The position numbers and the translations under genes were made by a program. From contig JBGARZ010000013.1 of assembly GCA_044229975.1 (NCBI GenBank), forward strand, positions 96,001-160,000: DNA of 64,000 nucleotides. Direction: 5' to 3'. The first letter of the stretch is position 1, and every line of letters begins with the position of its first letter. The stretch comes from Polyangiales bacterium (GTDB lineage Bacteria > Myxococcota_A > Polyangia > Polyangiales > Ga0077539). Below the pieces are notes generated by a model. The model was not told the origin of the DNA. It was given only the letters and a program-made list of their open reading frames with translations, and did no database searches. Below are positions 20,236 through 29,589 of this stretch, in pieces.

Positions 20236-20502
20236 CTGGAGGTAGGGAAGCTGCTGCTCGACGCCGAGCCAGTCGCCGCCCTGGTAGCGGCCGAGCGAGC
20301 TGCGGTCGACGCGCACGTCGTTGCCCGTGTCGCCGTTGGCGAAGCGGTCGACCAGGAGCTGGTAGATGACCTCGTCGCGCCAGTCGTCGACGTGGGTCGC
20401 GAGCGGCTGCTACGTGTAGTCGTCGAGGTCGCCGAGGCACGACGTCCCGCGGAGCAGCGCGCCGATCATTCCCACCGTCGCGAAGAGTCCTCGGCGCCTC
20501 AC
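20236..20502 (-). pseudogene. Truncated GH13 alpha-amylase lipoprotein pseudogene
   Basis: MRRRGLFATVGMIGALLRGTSCLGDLDDYT*QPLATHVDDWRDEVIYQLLVDRFANGD...RYQGGDWLGVEQQLPYLQ; in-frame TAG at 20412-20410; similarity ends near 20236. Confidence 0.8.
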
Positions 20503-20551
20503 GCCGTCGAACGCAACCCGCGGGGGGAGAGCGGGGGAAGCATCGACGCGC

Positions 20552-20965
20552 TCAGCGAACCGCGGCCCCGTAGCGCTCGACGATCTCCTGCGCGAGGCGA
20601 CGCAGCAGCGCGCCGCCTCCGGTGTTCAGGTGCAGCTCCAGTCCGGGGATGAGCACCACGCGCTCCCACGCCTCTCCCGCGAAGGTCGCGACGGGCGGCG
20701 CGGTGGTCGCGGGGACGACCGGCGCGGGGACCTCGGCCGCCAGCCGCTGACGGATCTTCCCGAGCGAGAGGTGTTGATCGCGCAGCTTCACGATGGCCAG
20801 GAGGCGTTCGCGGTGCCCCGCCGGGTAGCGTGTCGCCGGGCCGCGTCGCTCGGGCGGGGCGATGACGCCCGCGTGCGTCCACCGGCGCAGGGTGCGGCGA
20901 GAGACGCCGGTCCCCTTCACCAGCTCATCGAAGCTCAGCGTCGGCGGCGGGACAGCGGCGGTCAT
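20552..20965 (-). CDS. MerR-family HTH protein with short C-terminal WERVVLIPGLELHL domain
   Basis: LSFDELVKGTGVSRRTLRRWTHAGVIAPPERRGPATRY...LSLGKIRQRL. Confidence 0.85.
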   Translation of the reverse strand: MTAAVPPPTLSFDELVKGTGVSRRTLRRWTHAGVIAPPERRGPATRYPAGHRERLLAIVKLRDQHLSLGKIRQRLAAEVPAPVVPATTAPPVATFAGEAWERVVLIPGLELHLNTGGGALLRRLAQEIVERYGAAVR

Positions 20966-20984
20966 CGGGCGATGTCACCCGGAG

Positions 20985-21210
20985 GGGGCAATCGAGGTCA
21001 ACCCTTGAGATTGCGAGGCCAAGGGAGAGCCTATCAAGGACAACCATGCGGCTAGCGACGTCGTTCGGAAGCCTATTTAGGACAAGCACAACGATCGCAC
21101 CGTCGCTTTCGAGGCTATTCAGGTCACCAAGCAGGATACCGAAGGTACAAATGGAGCCCATCCAGGTCACACATGGCCTTCCGGTGGACATTCTCGAAGC
21201 AATCGAGGTC
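20985..21210 (-). repeat. Regularly interspaced array: six degenerate ~16-nt repeats, 42-43 nt period, unique spacers
   Basis: Minus-strand consensus TGWCCTNRATDGSCTC; plus-strand AGG cores at 20995, 21037, 21079, 21121, 21164, 21206; 120/220 GC over 20991-21210; strand inferred from G.U pairing. Confidence 0.8.
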
Positions 21211-21468
21211 GCTCCTTGGCCTGGTCGACCCGCGCCACGACCACGACGTCGACCGGCGCCGTGCGCCTCGGCTGGGCACCCGCAGGAGCGACGTCGAGCG
21301 CGGCGGTGAGCACCAGCGCGCGTGCCGTAGAGATCGTCGGTGGCGGCGCCGACAAGCGTCGCGGAATGGTCGCGCTTGTGATCGACCTGCACCCCTTCGC
21401 ACGCTCCCGGTCGCAGCGGAGGCGCGCGACGACGGGGCGTGCGACGACTGCGTGCGGAGGTCAATGCC

Positions 21469-22473
21469 ATGCACGTTGCGGTCTGGTCACGGGCGGTCGT
21501 CGTCGGGTCCATCGGGGTCGCGCTGGTCGCGATGCTCGGAACGCTGTGCTTCGAGGCGAGCGCGGACAGCGCGTCGTCGCCGACCTTCGGGGATCGCGCA
21601 TGGCTGGCGGAGGCGGACGACGTTCCGCTCGACCGATACCGCTCGTGGCGCGAGGTGATCGGCGAGCCGTCTCCGTCGGAGTGTGATCACCAGGGGACCA
21701 GCGGCTCGGCGCACTATCACGACGACGTGACGACGTGCCGCGGGACGCTGGGCCTGCTGCGCTTCGTCGACACCCGGTTCAGCTCGGGCGGGACCCACGG
21801 AGGTGGCAGCTCCCGCGCGCTCACCCTCGAACGCTCCTCCGAGCCGTGCGAGGTGTCCTGGTCCCGCACGGACTTCGGCGTTCCGTCCCCGTATCAGAGC
21901 TCGTGGGGCGGTGGCGGCGACCTGCTCTACGCGCACGATCGGATCCGTGACCTGCACCGCTATCGCTGCGTGATCTCGGGCGGGCGCAACGCGTCGGTCC
22001 CGTGGACGCTGTCGATCTACGGGCCCGGCTCGCGGGTGGCCGCGAGGTGGAGGGCGTCGCGCCCGTTGGTTCCGTACGAGCGTCTCGGCGCGGTTGCGCT
22101 GCTTGTACTCGCGATGGCCATCCTGGCCCGCCAGGAGCGGCGCAACCGGTCGAGCGCGCTCGCGTGGCAGGAGGCGACGCGCGGCACAGACGGCGTGCTG
22201 CGGCTCGGAGAGGTCGCCGTGCAGACGGGCGTGGGGGATGACTGCGTGACGACGGCCGCCGCGGTGTGCGTAGTCGTCCCCGAGGAGCCGGAGACCGGGA
22301 TCTATCGGGCCGCCGCGACCGTCACGCCCACGCATGCGCGGGTCGGATCGCTCGACGCTCTCCGACGGGAACATCGGCGCGATTGCCGCGTGAGTGCGAT
22401 CGCCGTGGTGGGGTTCGCCGCGGCGTCGCTGGTGTTGTCCGCGTGGCTGATCGCCGTGTCGCTACGCGTGTAG
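21469..22473 (+). CDS. Hypothetical membrane protein
   Basis: N-terminal, internal and C-terminal hydrophobic helices; GGAGG upstream. Confidence 0.55.
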   Translation: MHVAVWSRAVVVGSIGVALVAMLGTLCFEASADSASSPTFGDRAWLAEADDVPLDRYRSWREVIGEPSPSECDHQGTSGSAHYHDDVTTCRGTLGLLRFVDTRFSSGGTHGGGSSRALTLERSSEPCEVSWSRTDFGVPSPYQSSWGGGGDLLYAHDRIRDLHRYRCVISGGRNASVPWTLSIYGPGSRVAARWRASRPLVPYERLGAVALLVLAMAILARQERRNRSSALAWQEATRGTDGVLRLGEVAVQTGVGDDCVTTAAAVCVVVPEEPETGIYRAAATVTPTHARVGSLDALRREHRRDCRVSAIAVVGFAAASLVLSAWLIAVSLRV

Positions 22474-22489
22474 CGACGCCCTGCTTGAC

Positions 22490-22900
22490 GGAAGCGAGGC
22501 ACCGTCGGTGGAGACGCCGAGGTGCTCCACCAAGCAAACGATCCCCGCCCGCTCGGTGAGCGCGACGATCATCCTCATCCGCCCGCCGCACCCCGAGGCA
22601 CGCCAGGGCGTCGACCCCCACACTCGCCACAACAGGCGTGCCCACTTGATGCGCGCGCTCCGCTGGCTCTCTCCATCGGGTCCACCGACGCGGTCGTTCG
22701 GCAGCTCTCCCCCGGGCGTCCCGGCCTTCGCTTCTCCCAGCACGGGCGTCGTCGGCGCCGCCACCACCACGCGAGGGCACCCCTGCGCCAGGGGCGGCAA
22801 CGGCACCACCGCGACGCGCCAGGGAGAGTTCGCTCCGGGTGAGGCGCATTGGGCTGGCCTGTCGAAGGTGTGCGCGACGCCAGGACGAGGCAGAGGCACT
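22490..22900 (-). pseudogene. IS91-like (Y2) transposase C-terminal relic
   Basis: NSPWRVAVVP...KWARLLWRVW[fs]VDALACLG[fs]CGGRMRMIVAL...LVEHLG matches the WA.LL.RV..D.L.C..CGG.M...HLG pattern; boundaries approximate. Confidence 0.65.
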
Positions 22901-23021
22901 CGGACGTCCCGCCCGCTCTCTCTTCGCTTCGTCGCCGATGAGGGCGTGTCGTTGACGCCTACGCCCACTCCCAACTGGCGTGTCGCCGCCGCCGGGTGCA
23001 TCGTCCCCGTCGCCGCCCGCG

Positions 23022-24995
23022 ATGCCTGACGCTGCCGCAGATCTCGCCGTCCTCGCCGTCGCCGCCCGCCGCGTCCGCTGGCAACGCGCCCTGCACACCG
23101 CCGCGGCCCTCAGCCCCGTCGCGCTCACCGCCTCCGTCGCGCTGGTGCTGCTCACCCGCCTCCGCGTGCTCCACCTCGCGCACCCGGTCGCCATCGCCCT
23201 CGCGCCCGCCGCGCTTCCGCTGGTCGGCGCGCTCGTCCACGCGCTCCTCCGGGTGTCTCCGCTCGACGCCGCGCGGCGGCTCGACGCCCACCATCAGCTC
23301 CACGATCGCCTCGGCATCGCGTGGCAGTTTCGCCAGCAGCCCACCGACTCGCGAACGCCCTTCATGCAGGCCGCCATCGACGACGCCGTCACGCACGCTC
23401 GCGGCGTCGACGTCCGGGCCGCGCTCCCGTGGCGCGTCCCCGGTGAGCTGAGTGTGGTCGCCGCGCTCGTGGTGCTGCTGGTGCTCGTCGCGCGGGTCCC
23501 CGTCCCCTCACGAACGCCACCGCGAGCCGCGCGCCCTGCTCCGACGACCTTCGCGCGAGACGCGGCCGAGCTCCACGACGACGACCTCGCCGCCTTCCGC
23601 GAGGCCGCGCGTCAGCTCGAAGCGCAGGCCCGCACCGACGACGCACGGCGCGGCGTCGAGCAGTTCAACCGGCTCCTCGACGACCTCGCGCATCGGCGAC
23701 TCGACCGCGACGAGGCCTTCCGTCGCCTCGCCGCGTTGCAGGAGTCGCTCACCGCGCAGGACGCCGCGGCGGGGCAACGGGTGACCGAGGCGCTGCGCAC
23801 GCTCGGCGACGAGATGAACCCCCGTGACGCCGCCACGCGACGGCTCACCGAGGCGCTGCGACGAGGCGACGCGGGCGCGGCCTCCGAGGCGATGCGCGAG
23901 CTCGCGCAGTCCGCGCGCGAGGGGACCATGACCCCGCAGCAGCGGCAGCAGACGGCGCAGGCGCTCCAGCGGGCGGCCGAGGCGCAGCCCGACACCGAGG
24001 CGCTGCGACGGCAGGTCGAGCAGGCGCGGCGCGAGGTGGAGGAGATGCTCCGTCAGCAGCGGGAGCGCGCGCTCAACCAGCAGGAGGAGTCGCTGCTGCG
24101 ACGGCGACAGCGCGAGGCCGAGCGGCTCACGGGCGAGCAGCAGCGCCGGGAAGAACAACGGCGCGAGGCCGAGCACCTGCAACGCGAGCTCAACCAGGCG
24201 GCGCAGGACCTCGCGCGCGACCTGCAGCAGGCAGGCGTCGACCTCCAGCGCGGCGCCGAGGAACTCTCACGGATGCACGACGAGCAGCAGTCGCAGCGCT
24301 CGACCGAGGAGCTTCGCCAGCAGCTCGAACAGCTCCGCGAGCTGATGCGCCAGCAGCGCGGTCAGGGCGGGCAGCAGCAGCGCATGCGGCTCCAACAGTT
24401 TTCGCGCAACGCCGGCGGCCAACGCGGGCAACAGGGACGCGGGCAGCAGGGACAGGGACAGGCGGGACAAGGGCAACCGCAGCCCGGGCAGGGTCAGTCG
24501 GGGCAGCCCGGGCAACAGGGACAGGGAGTCGGAGAAGGGCAGGGCCAGCCGGGAGCGGGGCAGCCTGGGCAACAGGGCAACGGTCCGCCGCAGGGCCTGG
24601 CCCTCGGTGCGGGCGGGAGCGGCGGTGTCGCGCTGCCAGTACCAAGTGCGGGTGGCAACCAACCGGGAGGCAGCCAACCCGGCGGCGAGGGTCGCGACCC
24701 CGGTGGGCAGGGCGCGGGTGCACAGCACGACGAGAACCTCCGCGGCGCGGCCATCGACCCGCTGTCACGCACGCAGGCGGTGCAGGTGCAGGGGCAGCAG
24801 ACGGGCAACGGGCCGTCGCGCTCGCAGGTGATTCGCACGGCGGCGGGGTCGGGCTTCGCGAGCCGTCCATACCAGCAGGTGTATTCGCCGTACTGGGATC
24901 GGGCGCGCGAGGTGTTGCACCAGGGCGAGGTTCCGCCGGGGTTTCGGTCTTATGTAAGAAGGTATTTCCAGCTCATCCGACCGAGGGAGGAATGA
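23022..24995 (+). CDS. Membrane-anchored coiled-coil Gln/Gly-rich protein (DUF4175-like), MoxR operon member
   Basis: N-terminal TMs, LHDRL motif, long Q/E-rich coil, QG low-complexity tract, C-terminal VPPGFRSYVRRYF. Confidence 0.7.
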   Translation: MPDAAADLAVLAVAARRVRWQRALHTAAALSPVALTASVALVLLTRLRVLHLAHPVAIALAPAALPLVGALVHALLRVSPLDAARRLDAHHQLHDRLGIAWQFRQQPTDSRTPFMQAAIDDAVTHARGVDVRAALPWRVPGELSVVAALVVLLVLVARVPVPSRTPPRAARPAPTTFARDAAELHDDDLAAFREAARQLEAQARTDDARRGVEQFNRLLDDLAHRRLDRDEAFRRLAALQESLTAQDAAAGQRVTEALRTLGDEMNPRDAATRRLTEALRRGDAGAASEAMRELAQSAREGTMTPQQRQQTAQALQRAAEAQPDTEALRRQVEQARREVEEMLRQQRERALNQQEESLLRRRQREAERLTGEQQRREEQRREAEHLQRELNQAAQDLARDLQQAGVDLQRGAEELSRMHDEQQSQRSTEELRQQLEQLRELMRQQRGQGGQQQRMRLQQFSRNAGGQRGQQGRGQQGQGQAGQGQPQPGQGQSGQPGQQGQGVGEGQGQPGAGQPGQQGNGPPQGLALGAGGSGGVALPVPSAGGNQPGGSQPGGEGRDPGGQGAGAQHDENLRGAAIDPLSRTQAVQVQGQQTGNGPSRSQVIRTAAGSGFASRPYQQVYSPYWDRAREVLHQGEVPPGFRSYVRRYFQLIRPREE

Positions 24996-26006
24996 ATGGC
25001 GTCGAAGGCTGAGGGGACCGCGGCTCCGAAGGAGTCCGTCGAGCGCTTCCGGAAGGACCTCGCGGCGGTGCGGTTGGAGGTGGGCCGCGTGATCGTCGGG
25101 CACCAGTCCGTCGTTGATGGCGTGCTCACGTGCCTGCTCGCGGGCGGTCACGCGCTGCTGGAGGGCGTCCCCGGCCTGGGCAAGACGATGCTCGTCCGAA
25201 CGCTCGGCCGCGCGCTCGACCTACAGTTTGCGCGAGTGCAGTTCACGCCCGACCTGATGCCCTCGGACATCCTCGGCACGCAGATGATCGCGGAGGACGA
25301 GAAGGGCGCCAAGCGCTTCGAGTTTCAGCGCGGGCCCATCTTCGCCAACCTCGTGCTCGCCGACGAGATCAACCGCGCGACCCCGAAGACCCAGAGCGCG
25401 CTGCTCGAAGCGATGCAGGAGCAGTCGGTCACCATCGCGCGCAAGACCCACGCGCTCGACCAGCCCTTCTTCGTGCTCGCCACGCAAAACCCGCTGGAGA
25501 TGGAGGGCACCTACCCGCTACCCGAGGCGCAGCTCGATCGCTTCTTCTTCAAGCTCAACGTGCCGTTTCCCAAGCGCGACGACCTGCACGCCATCCTCGA
25601 TCGCACGACGGGTGGCGACGAAGCCGCCGTGAAGCCCGTGCTCGACCGCGCGCGCATCCTGGAGCTGCGGGCGCTCACCAGGGAGGTTCCGGTCGCGCGC
25701 TCGGTGCAGGACTACGCCATTCGCCTGGTGCTCGCGACGCACCCCGATCAGGAGGGCGCGACGGCGTCGGTGAAGCGCTACGTCCGCTTCGGCGCGTCGC
25801 CGCGTGGGGCGCAGGCGATACTCCTGGCGGCGAAGATTCGCGCGGTGATGGACGGCCGCTTCAGCGCGAGCGCCGACGACGTGAAGGCGAGCGCGCCGCC
25901 GGCACTGCGACACCGGATGATCCTGAACTTCGAGGGCGAGGCCGAGGGTGTGCGTCCCGATGCGGTGCTCGAAGAGATCCTCGGGTCGGTGAAGCCGGGG
26001 GCATAA
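24996..26006 (+). CDS. moxR: MoxR-family AAA+ ATPase
   Basis: LLEGVPGLGKT, QFTPDLMPSD, LADEINRATPKTQSALLEAM, EGTYPLPEAQLDRF. Confidence 0.95.
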   Translation: MASKAEGTAAPKESVERFRKDLAAVRLEVGRVIVGHQSVVDGVLTCLLAGGHALLEGVPGLGKTMLVRTLGRALDLQFARVQFTPDLMPSDILGTQMIAEDEKGAKRFEFQRGPIFANLVLADEINRATPKTQSALLEAMQEQSVTIARKTHALDQPFFVLATQNPLEMEGTYPLPEAQLDRFFFKLNVPFPKRDDLHAILDRTTGGDEAAVKPVLDRARILELRALTREVPVARSVQDYAIRLVLATHPDQEGATASVKRYVRFGASPRGAQAILLAAKIRAVMDGRFSASADDVKASAPPALRHRMILNFEGEAEGVRPDAVLEEILGSVKPGA

Positions 26007-26009
26007 CGC

Positions 26010-26936
26010 GTGGGCTGGCTCGACTGGCTGCGCGCGCCGAAGACCGTCGCGGTGACGGAGGACGAGCTCTTCGACGCCGACTTCCAACGGCGTCTGGAGT
26101 ACCTCGCGGTGGCGTCGCGGCGGCTCTTCGCGGGTCGCATCAAGGCCGAGCGCCGCACGCGCATCGCGGGCAGCGGCATCGAGTTCGCGGACCATCGGGC
26201 GTACACGCCGGGCGACGACCTGCGCGCGCTCGACTGGAGCGTCTACGGCCGCACCGAACGCCTTCTGGTGAAGCGCTTCGAGGAGGAGGAAGACCTCACC
26301 ATCGCCATCGTCCTCGACGTGTCGGGATCCATGGCCTTCGGCGATCGGGCGCGCTTCGACCACGCGCGGAGATTGGCGGCAGCGATGGCCTACGTGGCGC
26401 TGTCCAATCTCGATCGGGTGGCGATGGTGGCGGTGTCGACGAAGATCGAGCGGCGCATGGCCCCGGCGCGCGGCAAGGGACAGATCTTCAAGGTGTTCGA
26501 GTTTCTGCGGGGGTTGAAGCCGGGCGGGGAGACGGCGCTCGCCGAAGCGGGTCGCACGCTGGGTGCGGAGCTGAAGCGCCGCGGCGTGGCCATCGTGGTG
26601 AGCGACCTCTACGACCCGGCGGGCTTCGAGCGCGGGCTCAACGCGCTGCGGTACCAGAAGTTCGAGCCGATGGTGATCCACGTGACCGACGCGCGGGACG
26701 CCGACCCGGGCGCGCGCGGCGACGTGCTGCTGGTCGACGCGGAGTCGGGCGAAGGCCGCGAGGTGACGCTGACGCCCGCGCTGGTGGCGAAGTTTCGCGA
26801 CGCGCACGCGCAGTGGGGACGCGAGGTAGAGGGCTTCTGCAAGGCGCGTCGCGTGGCCTACGCGCGGGCTGAAGTGGGCGGAGCGCTCGAAGACCAGGTG
26901 CTGAATCTGTTCCGCCGATCGGGGCTGGTGGAGTGA
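26010..26936 (+). CDS. DUF58 domain protein
   Basis: GSGIEFADHRAYTPGDDLRALDW; DVSGSM. Confidence 0.92.
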   Translation: MGWLDWLRAPKTVAVTEDELFDADFQRRLEYLAVASRRLFAGRIKAERRTRIAGSGIEFADHRAYTPGDDLRALDWSVYGRTERLLVKRFEEEEDLTIAIVLDVSGSMAFGDRARFDHARRLAAAMAYVALSNLDRVAMVAVSTKIERRMAPARGKGQIFKVFEFLRGLKPGGETALAEAGRTLGAELKRRGVAIVVSDLYDPAGFERGLNALRYQKFEPMVIHVTDARDADPGARGDVLLVDAESGEGREVTLTPALVAKFRDAHAQWGREVEGFCKARRVAYARAEVGGALEDQVLNLFRRSGLVE

Positions 26937-28828
26937 TGGAGTGGCTGGGCCTCGCGCCGTCGCAGCTCGCGTGGGCGGGCGCGCTCGCGGGCCTCGCGGT
27001 GGTGGCGCTGTACCTCCTCAAGCAGCGTCGTCGGCGGGTGCTGGTTCCCTTCGCGCCGCTGTGGACGCGCGTCATCGAGGAGCGCCCGAGCGCGAAGCTC
27101 TTCGAGCGTCTGCGTCGGCTGCTCTCGCTCCTCCTGCAACTGGTGCTGCTGGCGCTGCTGGTGGTGGCGCTGGGTGATCCGCGGCCCGCGGGGGCGTCGC
27201 GGCGCGGGCGCACGACGGTGCTGCTGCTCGATGCGAGCGCGAGCCTGTCGGCGACGGACGTCCCCGGGGGGAGGGCGACGGCGGCGCGCGAGGCGGCGCG
27301 GCGCATCGTTCGCGCGATGGGCCCCGACGACCGGATGCTGGTGGCCCAGATGGACGCCGAGGTGACGGCGCTCACGCCCGTGACCGACGACCTCGCGGCG
27401 CTGGAGGCGGCGGTGTCGTCGTACCGGCCGCGCGACACGGGCGTCGACCTCCCGCGGGCGCTCCGCTTCGCGCGCGACGTGCTGCGTGGAGATGCCCACG
27501 GCGAGGTGATCGTGGTGGGCGACGGGGCGTACCCCGCGATGGCGGGAGAGAGCCCGCTGGGCGCGCTGCCGCTGCGCTTCGTGGGCGTCGGTCGTCGCGG
27601 GCGCAACCTCGGGCTGACGGCGTTTTCGGCGCGGCGCTATCCGCTCGATCGGTCGCGCTGCGAGGCGATGGTCGAGCTCCAGAGCTGGAGCGATCGGGCC
27701 GAGTCGGTGGTGCTGACGGTGAGCGTCGACGGCGCGCCCATCGAGCGCGCTCGCTTGCGGGTGGCGCCGGGCGAGCGCGTGCAGCGGGTCATCGAGCGGC
27801 TGTCGGGCGGCGGCGAACGCCTGGAAGCGCGCATCACCCTGGAGGACGGGACGCGCGACGACCTCCCGGTGGACGACGTGGCCTACGCGACGCTGCCGGA
27901 GAGACGGCGCGCGCGGGTGTTGTCGGTGGGCAACGGCAACCGCTACCTGGAGGCGGCGCTGCTGCTCGACGAGTACCTGGAGGTGGTCGACGCGACGTCC
28001 GAGCGGGCGGGCGCGGCGCTGGCGCAGGGTCACTTCGACGTGGTCATCAGCGATGGGGTCGCGGTGGAGGTTCCGCCGGGGGTGGGCTGGATCTCGCTGC
28101 GACCGCCCGAAGGAGGCTCGCCGCGACCGGTGGAGGCGGGCTTCGCGACGGCGCCCGCGGGGGGAGCGCTGGGCTTCGAGCGGGTCGATCGGAGGCACCC
28201 GGTGACGCGCTTCACCAGCGACCTCGAAGAGGCCCACATCGGTCGCATCGCGCGCTACCGCCTCGACGCGCGCGACCGGGTGCTGGGCGCGAGCGCGGCG
28301 GGTCCGCTGCTGGTGGCGGGCGAGCGGGAGGGGGCGCGCTTCGTGATGTTCACGTTTGATGTGCGCGAGAGCGACGTGCCGCTGCTGGTGTCGTGGCCGG
28401 TGCTGCTCATCAACGCGATCGACTGGTTTTCCGGGGAAGACGGAGCGTTTCAGTCGTCGTACCGGACGGGCACGGCGTGGCGGATGCCGGTTCCTGCGGG
28501 TGAGTCGGAGGCGACGGTGGAGACGCCGTCGGGGCGGCGCGTGCGGGTGCCAGTGGTGGAGGGGCGCGCGGTGTTCTTCGGGACGGAGGCGGGCTTCCAT
28601 CGGCTGCACGCGGGTGAGTCGCACACGCTGGTCGCGGGCAACCTGATGGACCCGGACGAGTCCGCGTGCGCGCCGCGGGCGACGCTGGCGGTGGGCACGA
28701 CGCGCGCGACGGCGCCGCTGCCGGGGAGGCCGGGGTTGCGGCGCGAGTGGTGGGCGGCGCTGCTGGCGGTGGCGGCGCTCATCGTGGTGGCCGAGTGGGC
28801 CACGTGGCATCGACGGGTGACGGTGTAG
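26933..28828 (+). CDS. BatA-domain / vWA membrane protein
   Basis: N-terminal LYLLK...LLLQL BatA motif; DASAS MIDAS; C-terminal TM ending in EW. Confidence 0.85.
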   Translation: MMEWLGLAPSQLAWAGALAGLAVVALYLLKQRRRRVLVPFAPLWTRVIEERPSAKLFERLRRLLSLLLQLVLLALLVVALGDPRPAGASRRGRTTVLLLDASASLSATDVPGGRATAAREAARRIVRAMGPDDRMLVAQMDAEVTALTPVTDDLAALEAAVSSYRPRDTGVDLPRALRFARDVLRGDAHGEVIVVGDGAYPAMAGESPLGALPLRFVGVGRRGRNLGLTAFSARRYPLDRSRCEAMVELQSWSDRAESVVLTVSVDGAPIERARLRVAPGERVQRVIERLSGGGERLEARITLEDGTRDDLPVDDVAYATLPERRRARVLSVGNGNRYLEAALLLDEYLEVVDATSERAGAALAQGHFDVVISDGVAVEVPPGVGWISLRPPEGGSPRPVEAGFATAPAGGALGFERVDRRHPVTRFTSDLEEAHIGRIARYRLDARDRVLGASAAGPLLVAGEREGARFVMFTFDVRESDVPLLVSWPVLLINAIDWFSGEDGAFQSSYRTGTAWRMPVPAGESEATVETPSGRRVRVPVVEGRAVFFGTEAGFHRLHAGESHTLVAGNLMDPDESACAPRATLAVGTTRATAPLPGRPGLRREWWAALLAVAALIVVAEWATWHRRVTV

Positions 28829-28838
28829 CGGGCGGCCT

Positions 28839-29495
28839 TCAGCGAACGCGGCGAGAGCGACGACGCAGCGCCAGGCCGAGCAGCCCGAGCGCCCACCACG
28901 AGCGAGCGGGCGCAGCACCGACGACGGTGCACCCGCAGCCCTGAACGAGCCGCCCGGTGTCATCGACGGGCATCTCGTCGACGACGGCGGGAGCGTCGGT
29001 AGTGCCAGCGTCCTGCGTGATGATGGGCGACTCCTCGTAGTGGACGAAGGTGTCGCTCGGGACGTCGCTGATGGGCGGCAGCGGACGATCGATGACGGGG
29101 AGGATGCCCACGTCGCGCACGATGACGACGTCGGCCACGCGGTCTTCGTTGCCCGGGCGATCGGGCGGAGGCGGCGCGCCCGCGGCGTCCCACGGCGGCT
29201 CGGCGCTGGCGTCGAGAGAGGACGTGCGAGCGACGCAGCGACGATCGACGCACACGGTGGCGCTGCACTCGGGTCGGCAATCGCTGTCGGCGCTGCACTC
29301 GACGGGGACGAGGTCCGAGCCGCGGTACCAGCAGTACCCGGTCACGCAGACGTAGCCGCACGGGCACGACGACGCGCCGAAGCAGGTCACCGACGCGTCA
29401 CGAATCCCGGACGTCTCCGCGGCCCCCGTCGACCCCGCCCCGAGGACCGCACCGAGCATCGCAAACGCCACCACCCACTGGGAGAACTCTTTCAT
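28839..29495 (-). CDS. Cys-rich secreted protein with MYXO-CTERM-like sorting signal
   Basis: Signal peptide; Cys clusters; C-terminal GCGCTV...WALGLLGLALRRRSRR. Confidence 0.75.
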   Translation of the reverse strand: MKEFSQWVVAFAMLGAVLGAGSTGAAETSGIRDASVTCFGASSCPCGYVCVTGYCWYRGSDLVPVECSADSDCRPECSATVCVDRRCVARTSSLDASAEPPWDAAGAPPPPDRPGNEDRVADVVIVRDVGILPVIDRPLPPISDVPSDTFVHYEESPIITQDAGTTDAPAVVDEMPVDDTGRLVQGCGCTVVGAAPARSWWALGLLGLALRRRSRRVR

Positions 29496-29589
29496 CGTCT
29501 GACCTCGGGCCCACGCCACTGCACACGCCGCACCGCGCGAGACAACGGCGTTTGTGCGCCGAATCGCTGCGCCGGGTTGTGCCATCGCT

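Noticed and set aside
20410..20412. Pyrrolysine/amber read-through in the amylase fragment
   Set aside because: The gene is also truncated and neighbouring genes use TAG as a normal stop
20985..21210. Canonical CRISPR array
   Set aside because: Repeats are only about 16 nt and degenerate, and no cas gene is in the window; kept as an unexplained array instead
20925..21512. ORF with apparent 14-aa repeats (DLNSL/VLNRL/VLDRL/DLDC) across the array
   Set aside because: The 43-nt unit shifts the frame, codon use (CTA, AAT, GAT) is atypical for this GC-rich genome, and the ORF overlaps genes at both ends; a frameshifted peptide repeat cannot be fully excluded
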